Source of the DNA: Eledone cirrhosa
Lineage: Eukaryota
Assembly: GCA_964016885.1 (NCBI GenBank)
Contig: OZ024741.1
Location: 328,414,001-328,478,000, forward strand
Length of the DNA stretch: 64,000 nucleotides
Reading direction: 5' to 3'
Below, one piece after another: positions 27,390 through 41,225 of the stretch (positions within the stretch are counted from its first letter, which is position 1; the number at the start of each line of letters is the position of its first letter). Below the pieces are notes generated by a model that ran no database searches, was not told the origin of the DNA, and saw only the letters and a program-made list of their open reading frames with translations. A program made the position numbers and the translations under genes.

Positions 27390-28035
27390 TATGATTTTTA
27401 ATGCAATGAAATATCTATGATCGTCGGCAAATCACTGATGAGGGACTTATTTTATTATATTTTATTACATGTTATCCATGTGCTACCAGCAGTATTTTTC
27501 TCCCCATTTTATTACATATATTTACCCAAACTGCGATTCTGTTTTTCTCTCTCTCTCTCTTACTGCTCCCCCATTCTCTCTGTTTCTCCTACTTTCTTTC
27601 GCCCCCTCTGTCATGTCAGTTAACTCTTCCTCACACTTCCACTCACTCACTCACTGTTTCTCCTCTCCTCACTTCACCCCGTTCGCGAAGAAAGCAATTT
27701 CTCTCTTTTCTCACATTGCATTCGTTCGTGAAAGGTCTTTTTTCTAAGCGCTCATATATTCACCTAGCTTATGCTAACAGAATAACTATGAAGCTTGTCT
27801 CCTTCCTTCTACGGTTAGCTCTACTCTTTGTTGTTTTCTTGTCTCACTCGCTTTACGCGTTTTAATTGTCCTAATAATTTAATTTAGTTATTATTGCACC
27901 GACGTGAGGTATATGATTTTTAATGCAATGAAATATCTATGATCGTCGGCAAATCACTGATGAGGGACTTATTTTATTATATTTTATTACATGTTATCCA
28001 TGTGCTACCAGCAGTATTTTTCTCCCATTTTATTA
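27390..28035 (+). repeat. 522-bp tandem unit (~1.25 copies), diverged relative of 18627-19410
   Basis: atgatttttaatgcaatgaaatatc at 27391 and 27913; CTGATGAG at 27435 and 27957; ends in (TA)n. Confidence 0.85.
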
Positions 28036-28293
28036 TATATATATATATATACTAACAGATTAAATGTTAAGCAAACAATCGCGGCCTTCACCCTTAACAG
28101 GATCTTCTGAAATATTTGCTCTACGGTTCTTATATATTTGATATATATTTATCCTTATCGAGCCCTCTTTGGATTTTAGTCTTCAAAAATATTATTATTA
28201 CTATATATTATATATTAATATTACTGTATATAAAGTACCAGTAATGCACTGGGTAATTGCTGGCCTTGTGCCTAAAGTAGAAACAATTATTAT

Positions 28294-28707
<414 letters not shown>

Positions 28708-29089
28708 TATATATATATATTTATATATATATATTTATATAAAATATATATATATATATATATATACAATGTACACAATAAACAGTTGTATTAAGTTCAT
28801 TAATTTTTTTGTTTTAGTTTGATCAACCAACAAACTAAATGTGGCGCTGTTCATCGGATCTCTTCTGTACATTTCGCTTTGTTTTTCACTAATTTTTTTC
28901 ATTATGTATGTATGTTCATACATAATAAAGTACCAGTAATGCACTGGTTATTTGCTGGCCTTGTGCCAAAATTAGAAACCATTATGTATGTATTTAGAAG
29001 GAAAACTCTGATATAACACCTGCAACCCTAATGGTATCCAATGATGTTGATTCGTTCTTCTTTTTGGTAAATATCATCTTGGTTAAGAG

Positions 29090-29365
29090 AGTGGGACTGG
29101 CTTTGTGCAGTGCCTTTGCTCACTATAAAAGCTTCACGGCACAGGCATTGCTTTATATCTGGTGATCTCTCTGCACTTGTCGTCACATGGTACCATGGGC
29201 CCAGCACTGTGTCAATAATTATTACAAGTGCAGTGTTTGTACCAGAGTTTTCAAGTCGCTGGCTGGACTAAAAAGTCACTCGTTCAGCGCATCAGTAAGG
29301 GTTCTCCTACATAGATATAAAGTAGTGGCCGTATTCGAAAACGAATTGGCAGCCACCATAAACGT
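29090..29365 (+). pseudogene. RTE-like LINE 3' end (C2H2 finger remnant)
   Basis: KCSVCTRVFKSLAGLKSH resembles the last finger at 12093-12170; followed by a (TATG)n tract. Confidence 0.55.
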
Positions 29366-29615
29366 ATGTATGTAGATATGTAAGTATGTATGTATATACG
29401 TATGTATGTAGATATGTATGTAAGTATGTATATCTCTGTAGATATGTAAATATGTATGTGTGTATATATATGTGTATGTTTGTATGATATATATAAAGAT
29501 TTATGAATATAAATATGTATATATTTATTTGATATATATACCTAGCTATATGTGTATATATATATATATAGAGAGAGAGAAATAGAAAGAGAGAGAGGGA
29601 GAGGGGGGGGGGGAG

Positions 29616-29665
<50 letters not shown>

Positions 29666-29723
29666 ATAGATATATAGATAGATAACTTTCTTTTTAAAGA
29701 AATGTCCATCAGAAGTGGGATGC

Positions 29724-29774
<51 letters not shown>

Positions 29775-29775
<1 letters not shown>

Positions 29776-30673
29776 TATTTCTTTATTTACCATAAAGGCA
29801 TAAAAAGAAGGGACAAATACAAAGGGGGAGTTTACATAAAACCGAGTAAAAAGGGTATAAAATGAAAATAATCGAAAACAACCTCAAAAGGGAGGGGACG
29901 TGATGGGGGTTGCACACACCCCCGAAAAAGTGTGCAATCCTTTGCCCGGGGAGCACATGGAGAAGGTGCTCCCTCTTCTTCACTTCTTTACCTACAGGTT
30001 GGTATACAGAGAAGGCCCAATTACATGAGCCATTCTCGCCACTATCACCCACCTTTCATAAAACTGCCTGTGGCCAAGCACCTCTCTCTCCATTCTTATC
30101 CTTCATCCGAAGTGATATCGGAAGAAGTAGACCAGACTATGGCCAGAGAGGAAGTTGCCTGACCTCAGACCTTTCAATCGTGTCCACCAAACAACCTCTT
30201 TCAACATGGCTATTACGCACAGAAAAACCGCCTTTGCTTCCTTTGTGAAGAGGGGAGGCGGTTTGATTGTCACCACGGACTCGGCGGTGAATCGAATCGG
30301 CGCCACCCGCGACAGCAGTCGTGACGCACGCATCTAGGGCAAATCTTTTTCGAGGGATCCCTGCCCGGGCGCCCGTGTCTGTAGAGCCTCTATCGAACGG
30401 GTAGAGCCCCACGGTAGCACTGCCAGGCTAGTGACTTCTGGAAGTTGTCCATTGGTCCCGGGCCGAAAGTCCTACCGAACAGGCTGGCCAGCTCGTCCTC
30501 TTCCATGTCCAGCGACTCTCCAAGGGTGTCATCGCCCCTGCTAGCCACCAGCACTCTATAGCATGATGAGGTGGATTCTCCACCGATAGCCGGGCTCGCT
30601 TGCCAGAGAACCCTGAGCACCTGGGCACACTCAGTGTGCCAGTCTCCCAGTTTTCCGGATCTTTGCTTGGCAA
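29775..30673 (-). mobile_element. Tx1/L1-type LINE, 5'-truncated diverged copy with internal deletion
   Basis: Homologous to 30695-31705 (GPMDNFQKSLAWQCYR, KEVVWWTRLKG); flanked on both sides by (GATA)n. Confidence 0.85.
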
Positions 30674-30958
30674 TAGATAGATAGATAGATAGATATGTTT
30701 CTTTTATTTGCCACCAGGGCATCAAAAGTGGGACAAGTACAATGTGGGGAGTTTACAAAACAAGGCGTCCTCAATAAGGAGGAGGCAATAACAATATATA
30801 AAATAAAATAAAATATAACAAAAAATAAAATTTATAACAAAGTCCTCAATAGAGAGGAGGCGCCTTGGGGGGTCGCACACACCCCCGAAAAAAGTGTGCA
30901 ACCCTTCTCCTCAGGAGCACAGAGAAGGGGTGGTCCCTTGGTCTTTCATCTTCCTCAC

Positions 30959-33900
30959 CTATAGTATGATGTAGAGTGAAGGCCCATTCACACGGGCCAT
31001 TCTCGCCACTTTCACCCATCTTTCATATAAACGGCTGGGGTGCAGCACCTCTCTCTCCATCCTGATCCTTCTTCCGAAATGATATCGGAAGAAACAGACC
31101 AGTTGTTGGTCAGAGAGAAAGGTGTCTGACCTCAGTCCTTTCAGACGCGTCCACCATACAACCTCTTTCGCCATGGCTATTACGCACAGAAACACCGCCT
31201 CTCCTTCGTTTTTGAAGAGGGGAGGCGGCTTGATCGTTACAATAGACTCGGTGGTCAACCGGATTGGTCCCACCCTTGACAGCAGTTGTTCGACATAGCC
31301 CCACAGATCGGCAATGCCCGAGCAGTGTACCAATGCGTGTGCAACGGTTTCCTCGTCGCACACGCATCTGGGACAGATCTTTCTCGATGGGTCCCTACCC
31401 GGGCGCCCGTGTCTATAGAGCCTTTCTCGAAAGGGCAGAGCCCTTCTGTAGCATTGCCAGGCCAGGGACCTCTGGAAGTTATCCATGGGTCCCGGGCTGA
31501 ATGTCCTACCGAACAGGTTGGCCAGTTCGTCTTCCTCCATGCCTAGGGCTTCCCCGAGGGCGTCGTCGCACCTGCTAACCACCAGCCCTCTATAGAATGA
31601 CGATGTGGATTCTCCACTGACAGCCGGGTCCGCCTGCCAGAGAGCCGTGAGCGCCTGGGCACACTCGGTGTACCAGGCGCCCAGTTTTCTCGGTCTTTGC
31701 TTGACCCAGGATTGCAGCTCGGTGAGTGAGACGAGTCTGGGAAAGGCTCGCCTCACAAACGGGGTCCACACCGGTTGACCGGAGAGGAATATCTGAAGGT
31801 GCCGTAGCCTTAATGCGTGTTTACGTATCATTAGCCACGGCATCCCCAGCCCTCCTTTCGAAGGGTGTTGACAGCAGATGGATCTCATCACCATAGGAGC
31901 CCGCTTCTTCCAAAGGAATTGGAAGAGTGCGCGCTCCATTTTGGCGAGCGTTTCCCTTGGACAAGGCACAACGGTCAGGCGGTAGTAGATGACGGAAACT
32001 ATATAAGTGTTCGCCACCTCCGCCCGACCTTTTAGGGACAGTTTGCACTCGGCCCACTTCTGGGTCAGTGCAAACACCCTGTTCGTCACCTCACCCCAGT
32101 TCTTCTCCACCTGGAGGTCTGGTCCGAACCAGACCCCGAGCAACTTCACCGGGCCCTCCGTCCAGCGCCCGACGACGCCATCGGAGGGCATCGATCTGCC
32201 CCTCCACGTGCCGAGTTGCAGACCGATCGACTTGTCCCGGTTCAGCTTAGCCCCTGTAAACCTTTCGTACTCCTCCAGTAAGGGGCCGATCACCCCGATT
32301 TCCGAGGCCGTCGACACCATTACTGTTACATCATCGGCGTAGGCTGACACCGCTTTCCGCAATCCCGGTTCCAACGGGATGCCCTGCAACAACTCCAACT
32401 TCCGCAGCAGTGGCTCTAGAGTCATTACATACAGAAGGGAGGAGAGAGGGCACCCCTGTCGGATGGACCGCGCGATTTCGAACGGCTCCGAGAGGTAGCC
32501 GTTCACCTTGACCCTAGAGCAGATGCGGCTGCTGTGCGTGGCATTGATCCAACCCCTGAAAACGGGTCCCAAGCCTGCCGCCGCTAGCACCGCATCCAGG
32601 TAACCATGGTCGACCCTATCGAATGCCTTAGATTGATCCAAGTTGATCAGGGCCCCACCAAAGCCGGGTTCGTTCCCAACCCTCTCTATGATGTATCGCA
32701 TGAGGTGGAGGTTATCGTGGATGGACCTGGACGGGATAGCACATGTCTGCGCATCTCCCACCAGGTTGCCCACGACAAGCGCCAACCTCTTTGCTAGCAC
32801 CTTGGCCAAAATCTGTAATTCTGTATTTAGCAGCTTATGGGCCTGAAATTATTTATATCGTCCCCCTTGTTCTCGTCCTTCCTCACTAGCGTGACTACGC
32901 CCTTGGTCACAGCACAGGGAATTCTCCCGTTCTGTTGCCAGTTGCAGTAGACCGCCTCGAGGGGATCGGGGAACAAGTCCGGCATAGCTAGATATAGTTC
33001 GTATGGAAGACCATCGAGACCCGGGGATTTGCGTTTGCCGCATTGGCTCAGCACGTCCTCTATCTCAGCGGCTGAAATCGGCTCCTCGCAGGACTTGGCC
33101 TCCCTGTCCGAGAGACGCGGCAGGCCGTCGAGGTATGGACCGAAGTCCACGTCCCCAACCGGCCCCCCGCCCCTTCCGAACAATCCGGCAAAGTGCTTTT
33201 GAAAAGCCTCGCACATCTGCTTAGGTTCAAGGATCACCCGTCCATCCTGGTCTCGCAAAGACCGGATAGTGGATCTGCTCCTTCTTTTGGCTTCTGTCAC
33301 GCGGGCCCAGCTAACAGCTTTGGTCCCCTCGTTTCCCAGAGCACGTATTTTGCTTCGGACGATGCAGCCTTCGTGTTTCGCGTCGAAGAACTGGCCCAGG
33401 GCCGTTCTCGACGCTTCTAATTGCCTCTTCTACACTATCTACCAACTCCCTTTCCTTCCTATTTCTATTGGAGGCTAACTCCTTACTAAATTCTATAGAG
33501 AGTACTCTAATCTCTCTTTTGAGGGATCCCCACCACCTGCTGTTGACGATGGCGCCCGTCAACCGCTCCTTAACTAAACTGCTAATCCGGTCCCTGTAAG
33601 CCTTACTTGCCGGTAAGGACAAGTTGAGCTTCCAGTAACCGGGTCCCTGTCTATGAGTTCTGTCAAGGTTGATCATGCAGGTCACTAACTTGTGGTCTGA
33701 ATAGCCAGCCATGCGCATTTTTGGACAACTTAAAAAGTCCTTATCCTTAATTCTAACTAAGAACCTATCTAGGTACGACCTAGATGATCCGCTACGATTT
33801 GCCCAAGTCCAGGTTGGCGCAGTCGGAAAATCTAGTCGATATCTATCGGCCAGGTCAAATGACCGATTAACCCTTTGAGGCTATTACACCCCTCTCTATC

Positions 33901-34396
33901 GGGACAGGCCCCTACGTAGTCCCAGCGTGCATCTAGGATACCATTCCAGTCCCCCACTAATAGCAAGGAGCGGGACGTCCCTAGAAAAGTCTCCAGACGA
34001 TGGAAGAAGTCCGGCCGCATTGACCTGAAAGGGCCGTAGGCGGCTATCAACCTAAACGCTCCGCCTTTACCACTGCCAAGGTCCAGAACCACTAGTCGAC
34101 CCTCCGGGTCCAAATGTACCATCTGTGTTGCGAGACCCAGATGTTTTTGCAGCAGAACGACAACTCCACCCCCACCTCCGGGCTGACAGAGAGATGCGTG
34201 CATCTCAAAGTCATCAAAGGTGGGGGGCCAGCTGTCGCACGTTGCTGATCCGGGCCTCGCAAATAACCATCACATCTATACGTTGTGACCTGAGGTCATT
34301 TAGAAGCATTGCTTTCTTCCAAGTTGAGCCCAGGCCACGCGTATTTAAACAGCCTACTCTTAGCATAGCCATGTTGGTGGTGAAGAGAAAAGGCAC
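30959..34396 (-). pseudogene. LINE ORF2: AP-endonuclease, reverse transcriptase, C-terminal Cys/His motif; several frameshifts
   Basis: CLNTRGL, VICE, VGDWN, SDHKLV, KSPGLDG, NFRPIS, LDQSKAFDRVDH, RQGCPLS, YADD and CPRC..E..H...C are spread over ORFs 34214-34396, 33832-34203, 33311-33718, 32827-33300 and 30959-32809. Confidence 0.92.
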
Positions 34397-35029
34397 TTAC
34401 CTCTCTGCGTCCCGGGTATCGGGCTGCACAATTTCCATTAGGGTGGGGGATGGGTTTTTGGGTGGGGTGGTGGTTTGTGGAAGTGTAGGGGCATCAGGGT
34501 GTTGTGTGGTTGGGGAGCTTGGAGTTGTGTGGGTGTTTTGGGAGGGGGTGGGGTAGTTTTTTTAGGAGGACGCGGTTAATGGGCCCGACGCAGGGGGGAC
34601 CCACGTCCTCTTTAAAATTGTTTTTTAAAGTTTTATAGGTGTCCTGTGGGGCCTTAATCATTTTGAGGTGGGGAAATCCCCTGCCTGGGTGAAGTTAGGC
34701 CCTTGTGTTTTTATTAGATTGTTGTTGTACACAATGTTTAACAGTTTTTTGTTTCTTGTGTTTATGTATGTGTATGCATGTTTTTGTTTTTGTGTGGTGT
34801 TTTTTGTTTGCTGTTGTTGTGAGCTCTTTTGTGTTGGTGTCAGTGTTATGTTTTGGGGAGGGGTTGTTTTCATTTGTGTGTCTGAGGTGTGTTTTCTTTT
34901 TTTTCTTTTGATTGTGTGGAAGTGCTCCTCCTCGTCTGACGACGAACTAGGGTCATCTTCCGCGTTGGAGGGGAGGGGTATATTTTCGGGTTGTGTTTGC
35001 GGTGCGGGTGTTTTGGAAATTGTTTTTGT

Positions 35030-36036
35030 TTATTGAGTGGAGGGGATGAGTTGGACATTGTTTTGTTTTAGTTTGAGCTGTGGTGGTTGTTTTTGTAGTG
35101 GTAGTTGTGGTGATTGTGTTGGTTGTGCAGTTGCTGGTGGTGTAGGCAGGATTGGGGTTTTCTTATTAAGTTGGGGACAGACAGCCCTCAGGTGACCTCT
35201 GGTTCCGCAGAGGTAACACGAGGGCCATCTACCCTCAACGGTAATGTTGATGAAGGTTAGATCATCCAGTATGACGCGTTCAGGGATCTGGGCGATCCTT
35301 TCGGGCCTCATTTGAACTACAAGTTCGAGGCTCGTTCCACTGAACGCGTCACCCGATGCCTTTCCCATGGACACCAGCATGTCATCCTCCAGGTCCAGGA
35401 AACATGTCAAAACCCACCATATGTCCATAATCGGCAGGATGGTGTGGATTTTTATTTTTTGTGTTCTTCTACCCATGTACGTAGGGTAAAAGGTGTATGC
35501 GGTGGATGTGATTGGTTTGATGGACAGTTTCACTGCTGTGTCCCTATCCTTCATGAGAATGGATAGACTCCCGTAGAGTCTATCCTTCTGAATGAAGGTG
35601 ATGTCCTTCATGACGTCTTTTAAAACCAGCTCTATCTCACTCTGTGATGGTTGAGCTGGTTTTTTACTTTTATTCGAGATTGTCCTAAACATGACCGTGT
35701 TTAGGAGTCTCTGGCTTTTTAGTTCCGGGGGGAATGGATTGTGAATGAACCATTTTCCCCGTACACTATATATTTTTTCGCATCTGCCAGTAGCTCCTTC
35801 GCTTTGGTTATATCTACTGGCAGATAGTCGAGGGTTTTCCTTGTCGTCTCGGCGAAGGAGAAATTTTGTTTGTCTGTGTTGTTGTTGTCGTTGGTGGTGT
35901 TGTTGTTATCATTGTTGTTGTTGTCACAGTTATTGGTCTTTTTGTTGTTGTTATTGTTATTGGTGTTGTTTTCGTCCGTCGCATTGTTGTTGTTGTTGTT
36001 GTTGCTGGTGCCGCTGGTTCTTTGGGTTGTTGCCAT
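35030..36036 (-). pseudogene. LINE ORF1 (gag-like, zinc knuckle), frameshifted
   Basis: CYLCGTRGHLRAVC (CX2CX4HX4C) in 35030-35692; Asn-rich N-terminus with SFAE in 35719-36036; lies upstream of ORF2. Confidence 0.75.
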
Positions 36037-36419
36037 GGCAACGTCAAGTTGTCGGTTAACAGGTGGAGAGAATTCTTCCTCTGGCTGACCTTTCTTCTTG
36101 ACCTCTGCTACTGTGACAGTGGCAGGGGGAAGCTGTAAGTTTATCTTCCCCTTTCCTCCTTCGAATTTTGGTGAAGAAGCTTCAGTCTTTTTAAAAAATA
36201 TTAACTTTTCAACAAGAAAAAACTTTTTTTTTGTTTAACTATTTCGCCTAAAGGCGTAGAATATTTTGAGAGACTGACCAGATCAAAGTTTGACCTGGCA
36301 GTCCCTCTACAAAATGGTACAAAAATTAAAGTTATCAGACAAGAATTTCTATAGAAATTTAAACAGAACTTACTCAGCAAGTTATAAGCGTGTGTCCATC
36401 CCAGAGTTATAAAGATAGT

Positions 36420-36482
<63 letters not shown>

Positions 36483-36483
36483 G

Positions 36484-36537
<54 letters not shown>

Positions 36538-36540
36538 GAT

Positions 36541-38322
36541 ATGTTTCTTTTATTTGCCACCAGGGCATCAAAAGTGGGACAAGTACAATGGGGGGAGTTT
36601 ACAAAACAAGGCGTCCTCAATAAGGAGGAGGCAATAACAATATATAAAAATAAATAAAATATAACAAAAAATAAAATTTATAACAAAGTCCTCAATAGAG
36701 AGGAGGCGCCTTGGGGGGTCGCACACACCCCCGAAAAAAGTGTGCAACCCTTCTCCTCAGGAGCACAGAGAAGGGGTGCTCCCTTGGTCTTTCATCTTCC
36801 TCACCTATAGTCTGATGTAGAGTGAAGGCCCATTCACACGGGCCATTCTCGCCACTTTCACCCATCTTTCATAGAAACGGCTGGGGTGCAGCACCTCCCT
36901 CTCCATCCTGATCCTTCTTCCGAAATGATATCGGAAGAAACGGACCAGTTGTTGGCCAGAGAGAAAGGTGTCTGACCTCAGTCCTTTCAGACGCGTCCAC
37001 CATACAACCTCTTTCGCCATGGCTATTACGCACAGAAACACTGCCTCTCCTTCGTTTTTGAAGAGGGGAGGCGGCTTGATCGTTACAATAGACTCGGTGG
37101 TCAACCGGATTGGTCCCACCCTTGACAGCAGTTGTTCGACATAACCCCACAGATCGGCAATGCCCGAGCAGTGTACCAATGCGTGTGCAACGGTTTCCTC
37201 GTCGCACACGCATCTGGGACAGATCTTTTTCGATGGGTCCCTACCCGGGCGCCCGTGTCTGTAGAGCCTTTCTTGAACGGGCAGAGCCCTTCTGTAGCAT
37301 TGCCAGGCCAGGGACCTCTGGAAGTTATCCATGGGTCCCGGGCTGTATGTCCTACCGAACAGGTTGGCCAGTTCGTCTTCCTCCATGCCTAGGGCTTCTC
37401 CGACGGCGTCATCGCACCTGCTAACCACCAGCCCTCTATAGAATGACGAGGTGGATTCTCCACTGACAGCCGGGTCCGCCTGCCAGAGAGCCGTGAGTGC
37501 CTGGGCACACTCGGTGTGCCAGGCGCCCAGTTTTCTCGGTCTTTGCTTGACCCAGGATTGCAGCTCGGTGAGTGAGACGAGTCTGGGAAAGGCTCGCCTC
37601 ACAAACGGGGCCCACACAGGTTGACCGGAGAGGAATACCTGAAGGTGCCGTAGCCTTAATGCGTGTTTACGTATCATTAGCCACGGCAACCCCAGCCCTC
37701 CTTTCGAAGGGTGTTGACAGCAGATGGATCTCCTCACCATAGGAGCCCGCTTCTTCCAAAGGAATTGGAAGAGTGCGCGCTCCATTTTGGCGAGCGTTTC
37801 CCTTGGGCAAGGCACAACGGTCAGGCGGTAGTAGATGACGGACGCTATATAAGTGTTCGCCACCTCCGCCCGTCCTTTCAGGGACAGTTTGCACTCGGCC
37901 CACTTCTGGGTCAGTGCAAACACCCTGTTCGTCACCTCACCCCAGTTCTTCTCCACCTGGAGGTCTGGTCCGAACCAGACCCCGAGCAACTTCACCGGGC
38001 CCTCCGTCCAGCGCCCGACGACGCCATCGGAGGGCATCGATCTGCCCCTCCACGTGCCGAGTTGCAGACCGATCGACTTGTCCCGGTTCAGCTTAGCCCC
38101 GGTAAACCTTTCGTACTCCTCCAGTAAGGTGCCGATCGCCCTGATTTCCGAGGCCGTCGACACCATTACTGTTACGTCATCGGCGTAGGCTGACACCGCT
38201 TTCCGCAATCCCGGTTCCAACAGGATGCCCTGCAACAACTCCAACTTCCGCAGCAGTGGCTCTAGAGTCATTACATACAGAAGGGAGGAGAGAGGGCACC
38301 CCTGTCGGATGGATCACGCGAT
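36541..38322 (-). mobile_element. Tx1/L1-type LINE, 5'-truncated young copy (open 488-aa RT C-terminal frame 36805-38271)
   Basis: Near-identical to 30695-32475; (GATA)n on both sides. Confidence 0.92.
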
Positions 38323-38492
38323 AGATACATAGATAGATAGATACACACACAAACACCCACATATATTTATATAAAAAATCGAAGCATAAAAGAAAATAAA
38401 ACAGTACAGCGAAAAAACGTATTAGTTTAACTCTTGATATATACATATATATATATATATACATATATATATACATATACATATATATATAC

Positions 38493-38525
<33 letters not shown>

Positions 38526-38526
38526 G

Positions 38527-38565
<39 letters not shown>

Positions 38566-38566
38566 C

Positions 38567-38628
<62 letters not shown>

Positions 38629-38633
38629 GTATG

Positions 38634-38712
<79 letters not shown>

Positions 38713-38713
38713 C

Positions 38714-38778
<65 letters not shown>

Positions 38779-39242
38779 TCTCTGTGCATACATGTATGCA
38801 TATGTGTGTATTTTGTTTAATATCCCTCCTGAATCCTTTACCTAAAGTGTATTTGAGTGTGCAGACATGCAGTCGGAAGGATGCTTCACAATCTTAACTT
38901 ATTCCTCATTTTCACAGGTAGAATTCTTCTCTATCTTGCTCACCCTCTCTCACCCTTTCAGCTTCTCTCTTACATACTTTCTCACCCTCGCTGCTTTTCC
39001 TTCTTGATATATATTTATATGGGTGTGTGTGTAAGTGTATCTGTGAGTGCGAGTGTGCTTGCGTATATATGGACTTGCATAGATACAAGTATAAATACAT
39101 AGATACATAAATATACAAATAAACACACACAGAAATTTATATATATATATATATATATACGTTATAATTATGTACATACCACACATTACCGCACATAGAC
39201 ACACACATGTATATATATATATACATATATTTACATACATAC

Positions 39243-39280
<38 letters not shown>

Positions 39281-39381
39281 ATACATACCCACTCATTACC
39301 ACCATATAGACACACACATGCATATATTTATATACATATATATATAAATGTACATATATATATATATATATATATATTTAC

Positions 39382-39434
<53 letters not shown>

Positions 39435-40052
39435 TTATATATATATACATACATAGCTATAAACGCTGACATATTTAAAGCTATTCATCTCCTTGAAATA
39501 TATTGAAGGAGATTGGTGCCCTGGATGCTACCTTTAATAGCACTTGGCAGGCAGTTACAATGTCTCTTTTCTTTTTTCCTGCTACACACTTATTGCTCTA
39601 CCGTCTTGATATATTCTTCTTTATTTTCTATCCGAGGTCTCTCACTCTCTGTCGCTCTCTCTCTCTCTCTCCACCCCTCTCTCTCTCATTCTCTTCTTCT
39701 CTTTTCTCTCTTCTCGCTCTGTTTATTTTAAGACTATTTCTGCTTACATTCATTTATTAGATGTGTCTGATTTTGGTTTTGAAGCCGTCATTGGTATCCT
39801 TGTTTTTTCCTATGATTTTTGTTGATGTTTTTATTGTTGGTGGTGTTATTGTGCCGTATTTTAGTTTATAGTTTTTCCTTCTGTCTTATTGTTTTTCCTT
39901 TCCCACCAGTTAATTCATTGTCTATTTCATCTAGCTCTGGAACCTTAAATCTTCCCTCATTCTTTAAACCCTTCATTTTGTACCACCAGCAACATAAATA
40001 AAAGTCATCTTAAGTGGAAAGAAATGCACTCATACAAATAACGTGTATATTC

Positions 40053-40094
<42 letters not shown>

Positions 40095-40111
40095 GAATAT
40101 GTGTATGAGTG

Positions 40112-40206
<95 letters not shown>

Positions 40207-40238
40207 ATATACATATATATGTATATATATATATATAT

Positions 40239-40249
40239 CTCAAACGAAG

Positions 40250-40321
<72 letters not shown>

Positions 40322-40332
40322 CTTCGTTTGAG
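40239..40332. repeat. Short inverted repeat enclosing (TA)n
   Basis: ctcaaacgaagtaat-(TA)n-attacttcgtttgag. Confidence 0.85.
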
Positions 40333-40390
40333 GCTTCGAACTGAACAAGAAAGGAGAAATGTTTTGTTTATTTATGCATAGGTTTCTCTA

Positions 40391-40421
<31 letters not shown>

Positions 40422-40731
40422 CTCGCTCTCTCTCTCTGTTTGTTTTCCTTTCTTTTTCTAAATTATATATAGTATTTTTATATTTCTATTTCTGCAGCTT
40501 ATATTTGGCAGCCTATGTCTAAAGAGTATAAGTAATTGCGGTGGCGTCAATCTATTAATTGCAAAGTGTATGGTGTTTATGGTGAGGCTCCCATACCAGG
40601 CACAAGACGAATTCTCCGTACACACTCTTCACTCTTAATGATATTCACCACACAACGAACATGGCGGCGCCAATGATTTCTACTACCAGGTAGTGTGTGT
40701 GTTTGTAGGTATGAGTGTGAAAGAGAAATGC

Positions 40732-40795
<64 letters not shown>

Positions 40796-41049
40796 GATAG
40801 ATAGATAGATAGATCGAGAGTGAGGGGGAGATAGAGAAATATTAACATAGATAGATAGAAAGAGAGATAGATAGATAGAGAGAGAGAGATGGGGGCGTGG
40901 GGGGGGGGGGTTAACATAGATAGAGAAATGGAAAGAGATTAACATGTAGATAGAGTGATAGCTTAAACGAATAATTGAGAAAGACTAACATTGGTAGATA
41001 TATAGGGAAAGGGGGGTTAACATAGAGAGATATACAGAAATAGAGAGGT

Positions 41050-41225
41050 GGGGGTACAAGCAACACCAGCACTGGAGTGGCATTTTATTTATAGAGTTCA
41101 AAATGATGAAAGACAAAGTTTCACTCGTCGTGATTTGAATTCATAGAGCAGAGATTTGGAATGAATACTGTAAGATAGTCTCTCTGACGTTCTCGCCATT
41201 CTGCCAACCACGTCAATCTGGTAAC
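41050..41225 (-). mobile_element. Degenerate tRNA-derived SINE
   Basis: gatgaaagacaaagtt..gatttgaattc..ccattctgccaac matches the reverse complement of the SINE head and core. Confidence 0.55.

Larger units (their letters stand above)
30695..36418 (-). mobile_element. Near full-length Tx1/L1-type non-LTR retrotransposon (ORF1 + frameshifted APE-RT ORF2)
   Basis: ORF1 with a CCHC knuckle and ORF2 with APE and RT motifs; 3' end AATAAAagaaacat then (ATCT)n; (GATA)n at both ends. The 5' boundary is approximate. Confidence 0.9.

Noticed and set aside
31264-38188. Plus-strand ORFs overlapping the Tx1 elements
   Set aside because: They are antisense shadows of a GC-rich RT frame, duplicated along with the element.
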